The translations under genes were made by a program, and so were the position numbers. A model generated the notes under the pieces. It had not been told where the DNA came from and did no database searches. It worked only from the letters and a program-made list of their open reading frames with translations. Below, piece by piece: positions 14,283 to 32,384 of a stretch of DNA of 64,000 bases (the stretch's first letter is position 1; each line of letters begins with the position of its first letter). Origin of the DNA: Eledone cirrhosa (lineage: Eukaryota); the NCBI GenBank assembly GCA_964016885.1, contig OZ024742.1, positions 195,796,001 to 195,860,000 of the forward strand, written 5' to 3'.

Positions 14283-17200
14283 TTATTTATATTTATATAT
14301 ACACTATATACAATTATAAACAGGAAAGGTCCGTAATCCATTACCACCTTATTACCAGTAAGAAAAATAGCTCAATGTAAATACATCAGATGTTTTACAG
14401 AGCCGGAATATAAATTACAGAATAATCAAAACTATGTTCAAAACATTTTATTGCTGACAATCGTTTCTTCCAAACTTTCGTTTGGAATCATCGGAACACT
14501 AGCAAAGTTTAGACATATAATTAACCTCCTATTCCACAGAATAATCGTAAAGATACGTAGATGTTAGTGTTGTCATTAACAGTGTCATATTTAAAGAGTG
14601 AAGATGATGTGGTCAGTATCAGTGAATGCGACAAAATTATAAAAGAATAATACAATAGAGGAAATAAAGAAGAAAGTTACTCGCAAAATGAGGACATTAG
14701 CAGTACATATGCAAACGTATAGAAAGAGTGCAGAGGTGTTAGGTATGTACAGAATAACCAGGTAAGAAACAAGTAATGGTACTAAGCATATATATCACAG
14801 TATGGCAAAGGTATCACATAATACAATACCGGTATAAAAGCATATTAAGCAGGCAGAGATGCGTGGGTATGAAAAGCAGTTTCTATGAAGTTTATGGTGG
14901 ATGTAATGTGATAATTGTCCCGGTAATGTTCAAATGTACATGTGTTGTGAGTATTAATATTAAGGTTTTCCTTTCCTTTACATTGGTTATATTTTAGTAA
15001 ATGTTTACTAGTAGCTATAATATACAATATATTATGTTTTAAGTGAATCCTTTTATATAATGCTATTTATTTTTTAATTTATATATTTAATTTTAAATAA
15101 ATCTTTTTTCCATATAATACCTTAGAGGTCTCATTTTATCACTACCTACCCAGATATTAAATGAATAAAATATTAGTAAGTTATTGTAGTTATATTAGAT
15201 GGTGGTAACTTTATGTTTATTCCTACTAGTTATTGTAGAGTATAAGATTTGAGATAAATAGGAGGTAAGTAGAGGAATGAGCTGATCATAGAATGTGATG
15301 ATGTGGGGGTAATTATATGCTGATAAAACCTAGAGGTAAAGTGTTAACGTTGGTGTGGAGTCCAGATCTGACATTGTTATATATTAGCAGCTAGGTTTGA
15401 AGTTGTGGAAAGAGTGTCGGTGGTAGTGTTGGCACATGGAAAACATTTCTGATTTTCTGTTTAAGAAGTTTAGCTTAGAATAGATTATAGTGCGAGTCTC
15501 AAGAAGACAGAGGTTACATAATTTATTCGGTGGTTTATACAATGCGACCTTATGTATTACTTCCCATTGAAGTGTATATGGTCTATTCTTAGTTTTCAGA
15601 GAGTGTATGTAGTTAGATAAAGAAGTGGAGTTGGCTAGATTGCGATTTTTGAAAGTGTGGAGATGCGAGTTATATCTCGTCTTGAAGCAGTTCGAAGTAA
15701 AGCCGATATATGTTTTTGAAGTGTTGTTTGTATTGACTGTGCATGAGTAAATGATGTCTATGATTAAGCAATTTTTTTCTAAGGGGCAAGTTCTATTTGT
15801 TCTACAGTTACAGTTATTCTGGTTGTTTACTTGCTGGTTAATAGGGTGTGTAGATGTATGGTTGTTAGGGGTAGCATTAGGGTAATGATGATTATCATTC
15901 CCATTGTTATTAATTTCATTAGTGCTATTATATTATTATTATTGCTACTAGAATTCTCTGGTACTGTGTTGTTATGTAAGTTCACCCCCTGTTGTGATTT
16001 AATTAGTTGGAAATAATTATTAATCTTCCTTTTATTACTACTAGCTATATGGTACGCGATGTTAGGTGTGGTAGAGTAAGAGATTTTAATGGTATTTTTA
16101 TTGATAAGATTATGGTATTTGTGGCCGATTGGGAAGTTTTTTTCTAAGATTGAGAAGAAAGCCTTAGGCAAGTTGGTGGAAACGTTTAGATTGAAAGGGG
16201 GATTGAAAAATGTATTAGTTCTTCTTCTATTTTTGTTTTTTGTAATGTTATTTGAGGTATTGTTTATATTTCTGTTTATATTATTATTATTGAGGTGTTT
16301 ATTTTAGTGCGAGTTAAGTTTGATATTACCTTTAGTACTAGAGTTAGAGAAGCTAATACTTTTATTACTTTTAATCATGGCCATATTGTGAGAAATAATG
16401 TTGTAAATAGGTGATTTTATAGGTAAAAATCTAATTTTATTTTAATGGCCTTATCTAGCTAAGGCCTCATTAAAGTATTGAGAATTACTGTTAAATGTAG
16501 TTTCATTATATGATAGAGTAGAAATTCTATTTGATATTCCTTTAGTAATTGAGTTTAATATAGATTTAGGGTGGTTAGAGTTGGTATCTACATAAAGTAG
16601 TTTTTCGTTTGATTTATGAAAGGGTGTATATATTTTAGAGTCCAGGCAAAGAGTAGTATGAAGGCAGTTAACGTTTTTAGGGGTTTTATCTAAGGTAATA
16701 CTTAAGTTGAAGTTTTTTTAAATGTTATGCAATTGTTTCCTAGTTCTTTCTATATTAATTTTTTTTATAGTGAATAAGTAGTAGTGCATCATCGCGGTAT
16801 AAGCCACCATTGAGGTAGGGCAGATTCTTATGAATTTCGTTTAAGAGATATAGACCGACCAGATCAGTGAGCTGCGCCGAGTCACTAGATCCCATAGTTA
16901 TGTCAAAGTTGTTAGGTATATCCTTGCGGGTCTATAATTGATCTTCAAATACAATTATGGTTTTAGGGGCCGCAAGGATGACATCTATTTGGGATCTAGT
17001 AAGGTCACTAGTGTTCATAGCCATAATTAATGCCTTGTTTAATAGGATAGGAGAAATAGAGGTGTGGTACGAATTAATATCAAATTGCATAATTTTTTTT
17101 TTATTCTCATTAATACCATTAAACCATTCAACAACTTCACCAGTATTTCCCCACAGGTTAAGATAAATTGGGGGATGATACTGTCTAATATATTTTTGCT

Positions 17201-18365
17201 GATAATTCCAATGTCAGATTTGGAGGGGCAAATTAGTCTTATAGATGGGTTACTATTAAAGTCTTCCTTATGGTCTTTCAGAGAGAATCTGGGGGGGGGG
17301 GTTAGAGGTGTATGTTTGTGTATATCTCTGAAGTCCTAATTTACATACTATACTATGGCCTTCTATGTTTATATCTTCTAGGTTTTTAATAGTGGTTTTC
17401 TTATAGCTCCTATGCAGTTTTTTATATATAAATTTTCAGCAGTTCTTTATATATAAATGTTATCAGCATGTACTAGAATTTTCTTATTTTTATTAAATCT
17501 TTTAATAATGGAGTTAAGGTTGTTTAAGAAGATGTTGTTTCTATTAGGATGTTTTCTGTACCTCATGTTCTTAACTAGTTTTATTAAATCATTTTCGAAA
17601 GAGTTTAATAAAGTGTTGTGAGGTGGGCTTTTAAAAGTTTTAAAGCCGTATGAGTCGAAATTGTTTGCATCTCTGTTTTTGTATGCTCGGTTTCTATCGT
17701 AATGGAATGTCCTCCATCTCAATCCATTGATAAATGAGTTGACACTATTAATCAATAATTGTTCGTACGTATCCCTAGATGGTATTGGGATGTTCTTAGT
17801 ATACATAGGAAGATAATCTTTGATCAGCATACTGGTCATTTTATGTATGTTAGCTCAACAGTATGTAGCAGTTAATATTAATAATAATAATATTTATACT
17901 TATATATACACTACATATAATTATAAACAGGAAAGGTCAGTAATTCATTATCACCTTATTACCAGTAAGAGAAATAGCTCAATGTAAATACATCAGATGT
18001 TTTACAGAGCCGGAATATAAATTACAGAATAATCAAAACTATGTTCAAAACATTTTATTGCTGACAATCGTTTCTTCCAAACTTTCGTTTGGCTTCGTCG
18101 GAGCACTAGCAAAGTTTAGACATATAATTAACCTCCTATTCCACAGAACAATCGTAAAGATAGTAGATGTTAGTGTTGTCATTAACAGTGTCATATTTAG
18201 TGAAGATGATGTGGTCAGCATCTACGTATCTTTACGATTTTTCTGTGGAATAGGGGGTTAATAATATATCTAAACTTTGCTAGTGCTACGATGAAACGAA
18301 AGTTTGGAAGAAACGATTTGTCAGCAATAAAATGTTTTGAACATAGTTTTGATTATTCTGTAATA
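14280..18365 (-). mobile_element. Degenerate near full-length Penelope-like element PLE-2 (Naiad-like) with pseudo-LTR direct repeats and 5' inverted segment
   Basis: Direct repeats 14280-14620 and 17884-18222; inverted copy 18220-18365; RT remnant GGLYRDDAL (~16780-16808); CNCRTNRTCPL (CxCx5C), YIG and CNLC in the EN region 15440-15820. Confidence 0.85.
14452..14498 (-). ncRNA. HHR (CCGAUGA core variant) in PLE-2 pseudo-LTR; second copy at 18059-18105
   Basis: tgtt-CCGATGA-TTCCAAAC/gaaa/GTTTGGAA-GAAAC-gatt-GTC-agca. Confidence 0.7.
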
Positions 18366-18374
18366 TATATATAT

Positions 18375-19305
18375 ATTGTTATACTTAGGGAGGGTCATGT
18401 TGCCAATAAGAAACACACGCACCAGTTGCTTTCACTTCAATTTATTATAAATTAAATTTATAAAATTTCCGGTTGGTTGGTTGGTTGGTTCCACAACCAG
18501 ACGATTGTTCATATATTGTCAAAGTTCTTTCGTCACACATTCTGTGACCTCTTCAGTGACTGGGGATTCTTTTCTTTTTTTGTGCCTCTCCTTTGTTCTG
18601 TCCTACGCCATCTTGTTTTTGTGTGCGTTGTGTGCTTAGTTTGCGCATGTGTTACATCCGGGTGTCTGTGTATGTTTATATTTGTTTATTATTTGCTTAT
18701 TTACATGTCACTGGTTGGTTGTTTGTTCTGTGTGTGTGTATTTTCATTTTGTCCTTAATTGTAAGTTGTGATGCTGCTATTCCATTCATGCTTTCTGTTT
18801 AATTTTGGTTGGAGTTCATTTATGTTTACTGCCTCTGTGATTTGTCTAAACATTGCGTCTTTTCTGTGTGTAGATCCTATTTTTATTTCTATGTTCTCTA
18901 ATTTACCCTTATGTTCTATTTTAGCATGTTGGTAGAGTACAGATGATTCTTTACTATATTGAAGCTCTCGCCAGTGTTCATTTATCCGTTCTCCTATACT
19001 ACGAGCTGTCTCACCTATGTACACTATATTCTTATCTCTACATTGTCCTTCAGTACATCTTATGCTATATACTACATTTCTAGTTTTACAGTTAATATGG
19101 GGGCTTAATTTACAGATTATACATTTCTTATCTATACAAGGGGGTGGTTGAAAACGCCTCCCTGTATAGATAAGAAATGTATAATCTGTAAATTAAGCCC
19201 CCATATTAACTGTAATACTATAAATGTAGTATATAGCATAAGATCTACTGAAGGACAATGTAGAGATAAGAATATAGTGTACATAGGTGTGACAGCTCGT
19301 AGTAT
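18375..19305 (-). mobile_element. PLE-1 3' fragment (GIY-YIG plus HHR at 18518-18560) with 5' inversion ~19150-19305
   Basis: ORF 18755-19024 YIGETARS...; matches 31060-31850. Confidence 0.9.
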
Positions 19306-19681
19306 TTGCCCATGCCTGGTGAGAGTCTGTCACGCTCTCTCTTTACCCCTTTCTTTCTTCCTTTGTCTAGTAGTCCTTGCTCTTACCCTCCTTTTCCTCT
19401 CATTTATGATCATTTATAGTAATTTCCAATAATGCTCTCTTTCTTTTGTATGTTTATATAACTCTGCTGCGAAATAAAATTATATATATTCTAAAAATGG
19501 GCAAAAATCCAAACCCCATTTATAAGCTGAGGCAGCCAATCAACACATTATGTCTAGAGAGCGTGATTTTGAAACTTTTATGAGTATAAGATATATATGA
19601 AGTTTTGATTTTTTAAATGTTTTAAGTTTCGTTTAGAATATAGAATATGTAATGAGGTTTCATTATGTTAAGTTTAAATGA

Positions 19682-19900
19682 GGGCGGTGGATTGGTAGTA
19701 TCGGTAGAGGGTCGGATGCCATGCTTCGCAGCTTAGAGTTACGGTCCTTTACGGTCTGAGTTCAAATCCCGCCAAGGTTAACTTTGCCTTTCATCCTTAC
19801 AGGGTCGATAAAATAAAGCACCAGTCACGCACTGGGGTCGATTTAATCGACTTTCCCCTCCCCCAAAATTGCTGGCATTGTGCCTATATAAGAAACCATT
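19682..19900 (+). mobile_element. Full-length SINE-A
   Basis: A box, B box, core and tail all present. Confidence 0.85.
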
Positions 19901-20275
19901 ATGTTAAGTTTCAACAAGTTTCTCAAATTGATTGAGACTGATTGCCGAGTCGGATGTCCAGAAGATTTGTCCAATGTCGATGACAGGTTTGTCTAATGTA
20001 GATGGCCTCGCATAAAGTGCAATGGAGTCTGTGAATAAGACTCGTGGAAGTACGGAGAAAAGTGTCCCCCAACTAGGAAGGACTGGACGTTAAGACGGTT
20101 GATCATACTTTGGTGAGGCAAGTGGAGGATGCTAGGTAAAAGGGAATTATAGTCGGTTGGTGAAGGATGGGGGGGGGCGTGGTGTGAGGGTGATAATTCG
20201 GTCGACTTCCCGGGCACGGGTGAGGGCGGCTTAGATCAGGGTAGGTGTGTATCCTCACTTTTGAATAGTCTAGCC

Positions 20276-20592
20276 CAGGGGTGTGCAAAATATTCCATTG
20301 GTGGGCTACTTTTGAACATTGGAACAACTATTAGAGCCATTAATATTTATTAAGCACTATTCCAAAGATTCACAACTTATTTCCATAACATGGAACTGGG
20401 AAATTATAACACACATAACCCTATCAGTGAAGCCCTTTAGTATAGGTCAACTAATAGAAAATTGTATTACGGTTACGAAAAAAAATTCTAAATAAGCCTA
20501 CAAGGTATAAATTAAAAATGGTCAACGCGGACCACTCTTACTGGTCTGGCGAGCCGGATTGTGGCCCGCGGGCCGCCTGTTGCAAGCCCTTG
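20276..20592. mobile_element. hAT (Charlie-type) MITE
   Basis: 8-bp TSD GTCTAGCC at 20268-20275 and 20593-20600; imperfect TIRs CAGGGGTGTGCAA / TTGCAAGCCCTTG; subterminal ggcccgcgggccg. Confidence 0.85.
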
Positions 20593-21394
20593 GTCTAGCC
20601 ATATATTGAGCCAGCTGGTATGTATATAAAAACAGACACATGTTTATAATATACGATACAATATATATATATGTATGTGAGAGTGTGCGTGTATACATGT
20701 GTGAGTGTGCGTGTGTGTGTGTATACATTTTTATGTGTATGCGTATTCATAACTTCATAAATATATACACATGCATACACACACAGGCCGACCCTCGTAC
20801 AAAAACATACACACAGAGATACATAAATACACACACACACACACACGTACACGTACACGCACACTCACACACTCGTACGCACAAAGAGATACAGTAATAC
20901 ACACGCACTCACACACACACACACATATATATACATAGACACACATACTGTATATTTTAATCTAACAAACCAAAAGGAAATGTCAGAATTTGGGACAGAA
21001 ATAACTTACAATATACTCAAAGTTCTTACTTTTCCTTCTCCTCTCCCTCTCTCCCCCTCTCTCCCCCCCTCCCTCTGTATCCTATCGCTCACACATACAC
21101 ACATACTCATATACAGACACACACTCACGTTTTTTCTCGGTCACTATCTCCAGAAATATGTGTACGTATACATGCAATGCATGTATGCATATGTGTATAT
21201 ATATGTGTGTATGTGTGTGTGTGAGTGTGTTTATGTGTGTGTGTGTGTACATATATACGTATATATACGTATATACGTATATACGTATATATATATATAC
21301 ATATATATATATATGTATATACGTATATATATATATATATATATATATATACGTATATACGTATATATATATATATATATATATACATATATAC

Positions 21395-21458
<64 letters not shown>

Positions 21459-21461
21459 GTA

Positions 21462-21520
<59 letters not shown>

Positions 21521-22142
21521 ATGTATATACATATATATGTGTGTGCGCGCGCGCGTGTGTGTGTATGTATATATATATATATAGAGAGAGAGAGAGGGAT
21601 ACACACATTTATATACATATATATATATATATACACACACACATTTATATATATATATATATACATATGTGTATGTGTGTGTGTGTGTGTGTGTATCACT
21701 TTCCATGTATTTTAGCTTTCCTCTAAAGCTGTTGCTTATCTCCTTCCATGTGTACCCCTTTTTTCTCTCACTCTCTCTTTCACTCTCTCTCTCTCTCTCG
21801 TTTAACTCTTCACTTTTAATTTAACTCTATGTTGTTATTCATCTTTGTACTACATCCTTCCTCCCAAACGTCCCATGTTTATAAAACGAGAGATGTAAAC
21901 ACTTACATTCACACACTGGCTTATATACACACATACAGACATTTACACAAACATACACATTCAAGCAAACACACATACTGTTCAGCAAACACTTTCCTCT
22001 GTTGCCTGAATATTGAAGTTCTCGCTCTCTTCTTAAGAAAATATAACTTATACTATACTTACTACTCACTAGTATTGAATACTCACGTACTTAACGTTTG
22101 AAACTGTTAAGTAGACTTGCATTCATTTCCACACACTCTTCA

Positions 22143-22180
<38 letters not shown>

Positions 22181-22184
<4 letters not shown>

Positions 22185-23941
22185 GTAAGTATGCATGTAT
22201 ACGTACATACATATATGTATACAGACGTACAGTAGCATGCACATATATATATATATATACATATATATATACATATGCATACAGGTACACATACATATAT
22301 GCACGTATCAGTTTAGCGGCGCTAACGTCGCTTTGTTCGTTTGTAAACAAACTGAACAGCCTGAATTTATGCCATACGGTGTTAAGGCAACCACGTCACC
22401 TTTTTGTTCAACACTGACACAGGAACGATGTACTAGTTTCAAGCTTGTTAGCTATCATCAGCACCGTTTACCCATCTGCCAGATAGTTGAACGTTCGAAA
22501 GTATATACTTTCCTTATGAAAATTAACGGCTGAGCAGCCTAATTTGCATATTGAGTGAGTTAAATCGGTCAGGCATACCGAAAACGATAAATTGAAACAA
22601 AATGAAAACGAAATTTCATTTCTCACTCTTAGTATGGCACTTACTTAAATGTAAGTATGCATGTATACGTACATACATATATGTATACAGACGTACAGTA
22701 GCATGCACATATATATATATATATACATATATATATACATATGCATACAGGTACACATACATATATGCACGTATCAGTTTAGCGGCGCTAACGTCGCTTT
22801 GTTCGTTTGTAAACAAACTGAACAGCCTGAATTTATGCCATACGGTGTTAAGGCAACCACGTCACCTTTTTGTTCAACACTGACACAGGAACGATGTACT
22901 AGTTTCAAGCTTGTTAGCTATCATCAGCACCGTTTACCCATCTGCCAGATAGTTGAACGTTCGAAAGTATATACTTTCCTTATGAAAATTAACGGCTGAG
23001 CAGCCTAATTTGCATATTGAGTGAGTTAAATCGGTCAGGCATACCGAAAACGATAAATTGAAACAAAATGAAAACGAAATTTCATTTCTCACTCTTAGTA
23101 TGGCACTTACTTAAATGTAAGTATGCATGTATACGTACATACATATATGTATACAGACGTACAGTAGCATGCACATATATATATATATATACATATATAT
23201 ATACATATGCATACAGGTACACATACATATATGCACGTATCAGTTTAGCGGCGCTAACGTCGCTTTGTTCGTTTGTAAACAAACTGAACAGCCTGAATTT
23301 ATGCCATACGGTGTTAAGGCAACCACGTCACCTTTTTGTTCAACACTGACACAGGAACGATGTACTAGTTTCAAGCTTGTTAGCTATCATCAGCACCGTT
23401 TACCCATCTGCCAGATAGTTGAACGTTCGAAAGTATATACTTTCCTTATGAAAATTAACGGCTGAGCAGCCTAATTTGCATATTGAGTGAGTTAAATCGG
23501 TCAGGCATACCGAAAACGATAAATTGAAACAAAATGAAAACGAAATTTCATTTCTCACTCTTAGTATGGCACTTACTTAAATGTAAGTATGCATGTATAC
23601 GTACATACATATATGTATACAGACGTACAGTAGCATGCACATATATATATATATATACATATATATATACATATGCATACAGGTACACATACATATATGC
23701 ACGTATCAGTTTAGCGGCGCTAACGTCGCTTTGTTCGTTTGTAAACAAACTGAACAGCCTGAATTTATGCCATACGGTGTTAAGGCAACCACGTCACCTT
23801 TTTGTTCAACACTGACACAGGAACGATGTACTAGTTTCAAGCTTGTTAGCTATCATCAGCACCGTTTTCATTTTGTTTCAATTTATCGTTTTCGGTATGC
23901 CTGACCGATTTAACTCACTCAATATGCAAATTAGGCTGCTC
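22181..23941 (-). repeat. 466-bp tandem array (~3.6 units) with one HHR per unit and a terminal inverted segment; retrozyme-like
   Basis: Period 466; HHRs at 22424-22468, 22890-22934, 23356-23400, 23822-23866; 23863-23941 is the reverse complement of unit 22532-22610; (TA)n at the left end. Confidence 0.9.
22424..22468 (-). ncRNA. Minimal type-I hammerhead ribozyme (four identical copies in the array)
   Basis: AACGGTG-CTGATGA-T-AGCT/aaca/AGCT-T-GAAAC-TA-GTA-CATCGTT; palindromic stem III ACTAGT. Confidence 0.9.
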
Positions 23942-24044
23942 TTCAAATTTGAAGAGGTTTACGCTGCCAGCGTAAACCTCTTCAAATGAAGTCGGTGTTA
24001 TTACGGTATGTCGAATCTATTTATCTATAAAACTGTTTATATTG

Positions 24045-24110
24045 TATTTTGTCTGATGAAGGCATAGCATATTGTTAATATGATATCCCCGAAATATATA
24101 TAATGAAATA
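24045..24110 (+). ncRNA. HHR; same family at 46608-46673 (+) and 46391-46456 (-)
   Basis: tattttgt-CTGATGA-stem II-GAAA-tatata-TA-atgaaata. Confidence 0.75.
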
Positions 24111-24443
24111 AATATGGTTTTATAAATATAGTTTTCCATTTATTTAATATTGTATATATATATATATATATATCATAAAACACGTCTATAGAATCACCAG
24201 ATAAAATATATACCATTTCCTCTCCCAATTAGCATAATCAACTATATAAAAAATTGAATAGACCAGGCTATAAGAATAAGGCTTCTATGAAGAAATCCCC
24301 AACAAATAACCGAAACTAGCCCTTCGCGTCGGCTGCGACGGAATATTTATCGAATATTTCGACAGCGTAATCGCCCAGATATACAATTAATTAAACAGAA
24401 TTAGGTGTAAAATAAACTAGGAGAAAAGAGAATACATTTATTT

Positions 24444-24520
24444 ACCTCTACCATGGTTTCGTCCGCATTTTGAGATTTCCAATATCTTCGGAAACTCGAC
24501 CATCGGACTCTTCAGGAGTT
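24444..24520 (-). ncRNA. Type-I hammerhead ribozyme
   Basis: actc-CTGAAGA-GTCCG...CGGAC-GAAAC-CATG-GTA-gagg; palindromic stem III ACCATGGT. Confidence 0.88.
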
Positions 24521-24644
24521 TGCTCTAATCTAGACATTAAATTTTCCAAAGTGATCGCGCCAAGAATTCATTCAAAAATGGCTAAGAATCGTGACGTAGC
24601 AGCGGTCAGGTTGGAAGGAGTGTGGTAGCTGCTTACGGCTATAT

Positions 24645-24877
24645 ATATTTATTTATTAAAATAACAGATTAAAGTTTAAGCAAATAATCGCTGCTTTCAC
24701 CCTTAACGGGATCTTCTGAAACTCCATTTAAGGGTGAAAGCAGCGATTCTTTGCTTAAACTTTAATCTGTTATTTTAATAAATACTTGCTCTACGGTTCT
24801 TATATATTTGATATATATATCCTTATCGAGCCCTCTTTGGATTTTAGTCTTCAAATTTATTATTATTACTATATATA

Positions 24878-24920
<43 letters not shown>

Positions 24921-25115
24921 ATAATAATAAATGTGAAGACTAAAACCCAAAGAGGGCTCGATAAGGATGATATATATATAAAAAATATATAAAACCATAG
25001 AGCAAATATTTATTAAAATAGATTAAAATTTAAGCATTTATTTAAGCAAAGAAACTGAGTTTCAGAAGATCCTGCTAAGGGTGAAAGCAGCAATTATTTG
25101 CTTAAACTTTAATCC
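24645..25115. repeat. Nested inverted repeats around (TA)n; family also at ~7890-7990, 8745-8800 and 32030-32150
   Basis: Motifs gaagactaaaaccc.aagagggctcgataagg and gaaagcagcgatt.tttgcttaaacttta occur in both orientations. Confidence 0.7.
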
Positions 25116-25134
25116 GTTTGATAATGATGAATAA

Positions 25135-25760
25135 TAATGAAATTATTGTGTACAGTGCTCAGGTGCACTACAACTCGTCAAAGGTGCATGTATAGTACAT
25201 AGAATAATATACAAATGTCAGGGAAGTGAATAGTGTATGAGTCATGATATACATGTGCGCGTGTGTATGGAGGGGGAATATTAGGTGTAGTGTTGGCGAA
25301 TCTCACGAAGCATGGAGGTTTTAAAGGATGCAGTGTCTGGACAGCTAACAACTGATGCAGGTAGTTTGTTTCCGAAAGTCATGGGAATTGTGCTGTTTTC
25401 TGACTTTGTGGGCATGTTCACGTGTGTTAGACACATGAAAATCAAAAAGGTACTCAGGGTTGTTGTTGGCAAGATGGTTAATAATTTTGTGGGTGTTTAC
25501 CAAGTCAGTTGCCAGATGTCGGAGCTTCAATGTATTAATGCTCAGGGAAGCAATGCGTTCAGAGTATGGTAGATGCCTGATGGACGGTAATCGCTTGGTT
25601 GCACGTCTCTGAGTAGTTTTCAGGAGGTCAATGTTCTGAGCAAGATAGGGGTTCCAGACTGGTGATGCAAACTCTAAGTGTGGCCGCACCATAGCTATAC
25701 ACAGCTTTAAATAGATAGCTGAGGAGCAGCTGACAAAGGTCTTGCGGACTGATGCTAAGA
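25135..25760 (-). pseudogene. CR1/L2-group LINE 3' fragment
   Basis: VRPHLEFASPVWNPY...QRRATK...LPYSER. Confidence 0.85.
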
Positions 25761-25767
25761 CATTTTA

Positions 25768-25867
<100 letters not shown>

Positions 25868-25874
25868 GCGTGTG

Positions 25875-27700
25875 TGTAGCGAAATCTGTCCACGCCTTGA
25901 ACAACCCTGGGTGACACCTAAAAGTCAAATTCTAGGTCACCAAATTCTAGGTCACCGTGGACAGGTTTATGCGTGGGCGATCCCTCGAGGCCAGAGACAG
26001 AAAGCGACAGGTATAAAAAACCTGTATCATCCCACGTCTAACACACAGAGAGATCAGAGCATTACTCTATAGACAAGCTATGTAAAGATTCACCGCCACC
26101 TACAGGCCACTGAGGTCTACAGTCGACCACAGACTATTACTCTCTCTCTCCTGGTCTCAGACTACACCAGCCTCATGAACCAACAACGAAACAACATTGT
26201 CAACCTTCGCGACTCGTGGTAACTTGTTGATTGTTCTTTTTGACTGAAGTGAAGTAAACCTTTTCATATATAAACTAAATCAGCTATTCTTGTTATTTCA
26301 TCTAACAACCACCATTAATACTCATCGTTACATTGGTGGCCCAGACGCGGGAACGAACAGGTTCCTTCTAAAAAAAAAATACGAAGTGGTATTTTAAAAA
26401 AGAAAACAACACGCAACCTTTTTTTTAACATGGCTACCATCAACTATCAATAAAATCATCAGCAGCAGTACCAACACATGGTTAACCACTAACCATAAAC
26501 AGGAAATAGCGATGTGGCAGATTTATAGTCTTACCGACGAAATCCACCACACCTCATATTGTTTACTTCTATACTTCAACTATTCTATCGTCCCTGACGC
26601 CAAAGAAATTTCAAGGAAAATAAAATTTGAACTTTTTGTTGAAAAACAATTATTTCTTCCTTTTTTACAAACAATGTTCGAACATTTCTTTCTTTTAAAC
26701 TGTATATATGAACATTCATTTTTTTTTTATCATTGTTTATGTCTGCATACGCACAATTTTTAAAACTGTATCACATGCCTGCATACGCACACACATTTCT
26801 TTATCACACACCAACATGTTGTTGTCTATGGTATGTTCTTGATTTGGTGGGGATTCTGCGAGATCACTTTTCAACTGGGTCGAGGTACGGCAACAGCTAT
26901 TAATCACATGAGAAACACCCACGGGGACTACATGCCTGGACTCACTCAGGCACGCAACTCAAAATTGCACACACTCATGTCATAGCGTAAACCTCTACTC
27001 ACTGGAAAAGCATCTTACGTATGATAATACATCGAGAGAAATAGTCCTCTATATTGTCATATCGCAATCCGATACCGCAACCCGATACCGCAACCCCAAA
27101 CGTTCAGCCATCCATACACAACAGTTCGAATTACATGATCACAACTCTGTATATTTACAGTTTTTTCTAAATGTTACACACACAGACCTGCATACACAGT
27201 TATACGATATTTTTTTTTTTTCTCTCTCCAAATTTCTCTACACTCGAAATGCGGGCGCAGTACCAACATTTTGTGTGTTTTGGGACACGCTTCTGGAATC
27301 AGATTTCGCTACCCCTTTTGTAATCGATCGCTGCTCCTTCGTCGATCTGGAGCCTCTATCATCCCACGTCTAACACACAGAAAGATCAGAGCATTACTCT
27401 ATAGACAAGCTATGTAAAGATTCACCGCCACCTACAGGCCACTTAGGTCTACAGACGACCACAGACCATTACTCTCTCTCTCCTGGTCTCAGACTACACC
27501 AGCCTCATGAACCAACAACAAAATAGCATCGTCAACCTTCGCGACTCGTGGTAACTTGTTTATTGTTCTTTTTGACTGAAGTGAAGTAAACCTTTTCATA
27601 TATAAACTAAATCAGCTATTCTTGTTATTTCATCTAACAACCACCATTAATACTAATCGTTACATTGGTGGCCCAGACGCGGGAACAAACAGGTTCCTTC

Positions 27701-27703
<3 letters not shown>
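25875..27703 (+). mobile_element. LTR-retrotransposon remnant: TG...CA LTR-like unit with PBS, and a duplicated 3'-LTR+PBS segment
   Basis: LTR-like 25875-26332; PBS TGGTGGCCCAGACGCGGG at 26334-26351; direct repeat 26025-26371 / 27357-27703. Confidence 0.6.
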
Positions 27704-32008
<4,305 letters not shown>

Positions 32009-32160
32009 GTAATATATATATATATATAGTAATAATAATAAATGTGAAGACTAAAACCCGAAGAGGGCTCGATAAGGATAATAAATATATATATAACATA
32101 TATAAAACCATAGAACAAATATTTATTTAAATAACAGGGAGAAAGCAGCGATTCTTAATG

Positions 32161-32224
<64 letters not shown>

Positions 32225-32384
32225 TTACTCCTTCATCAGTGATCTGCCAACCTTCATTGGTATTTCATCAATTTAAAGACCATATACCTCCGGTTGGTGC
32301 GAGCAACGGCTAAAGAAAGTCGTTGGGACACGTAAATAAGGGGAACGAGCGAAACTGTAAACAATCAAAGATGGTAATACAACG

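Noticed and set aside
19682-19780. tRNA genes
   Set aside because: A/B-box sequences are SINE heads that continue into a shared SINE core, with no intact cloverleaf
20980-21726. Long ORFs of [12 protein letters not shown] type here and throughout the window
   Set aside because: Translations of (TA)n, (TG)n and (CATA)n microsatellites that lack stop codons; not genes
22181-23866. Tandem array as a CRISPR array or repeated gene (93- and 112-aa ORFs)
   Set aside because: Eukaryotic context, no unique spacers, and the ORFs are low-complexity
25058-25095. CAGAAGA-stem-GAAAGCAGC motif (also at ~7900 and ~24690-24720) as a hammerhead
   Set aside because: Core has A at position 4 and there is no convincing NUH or stem I pairing
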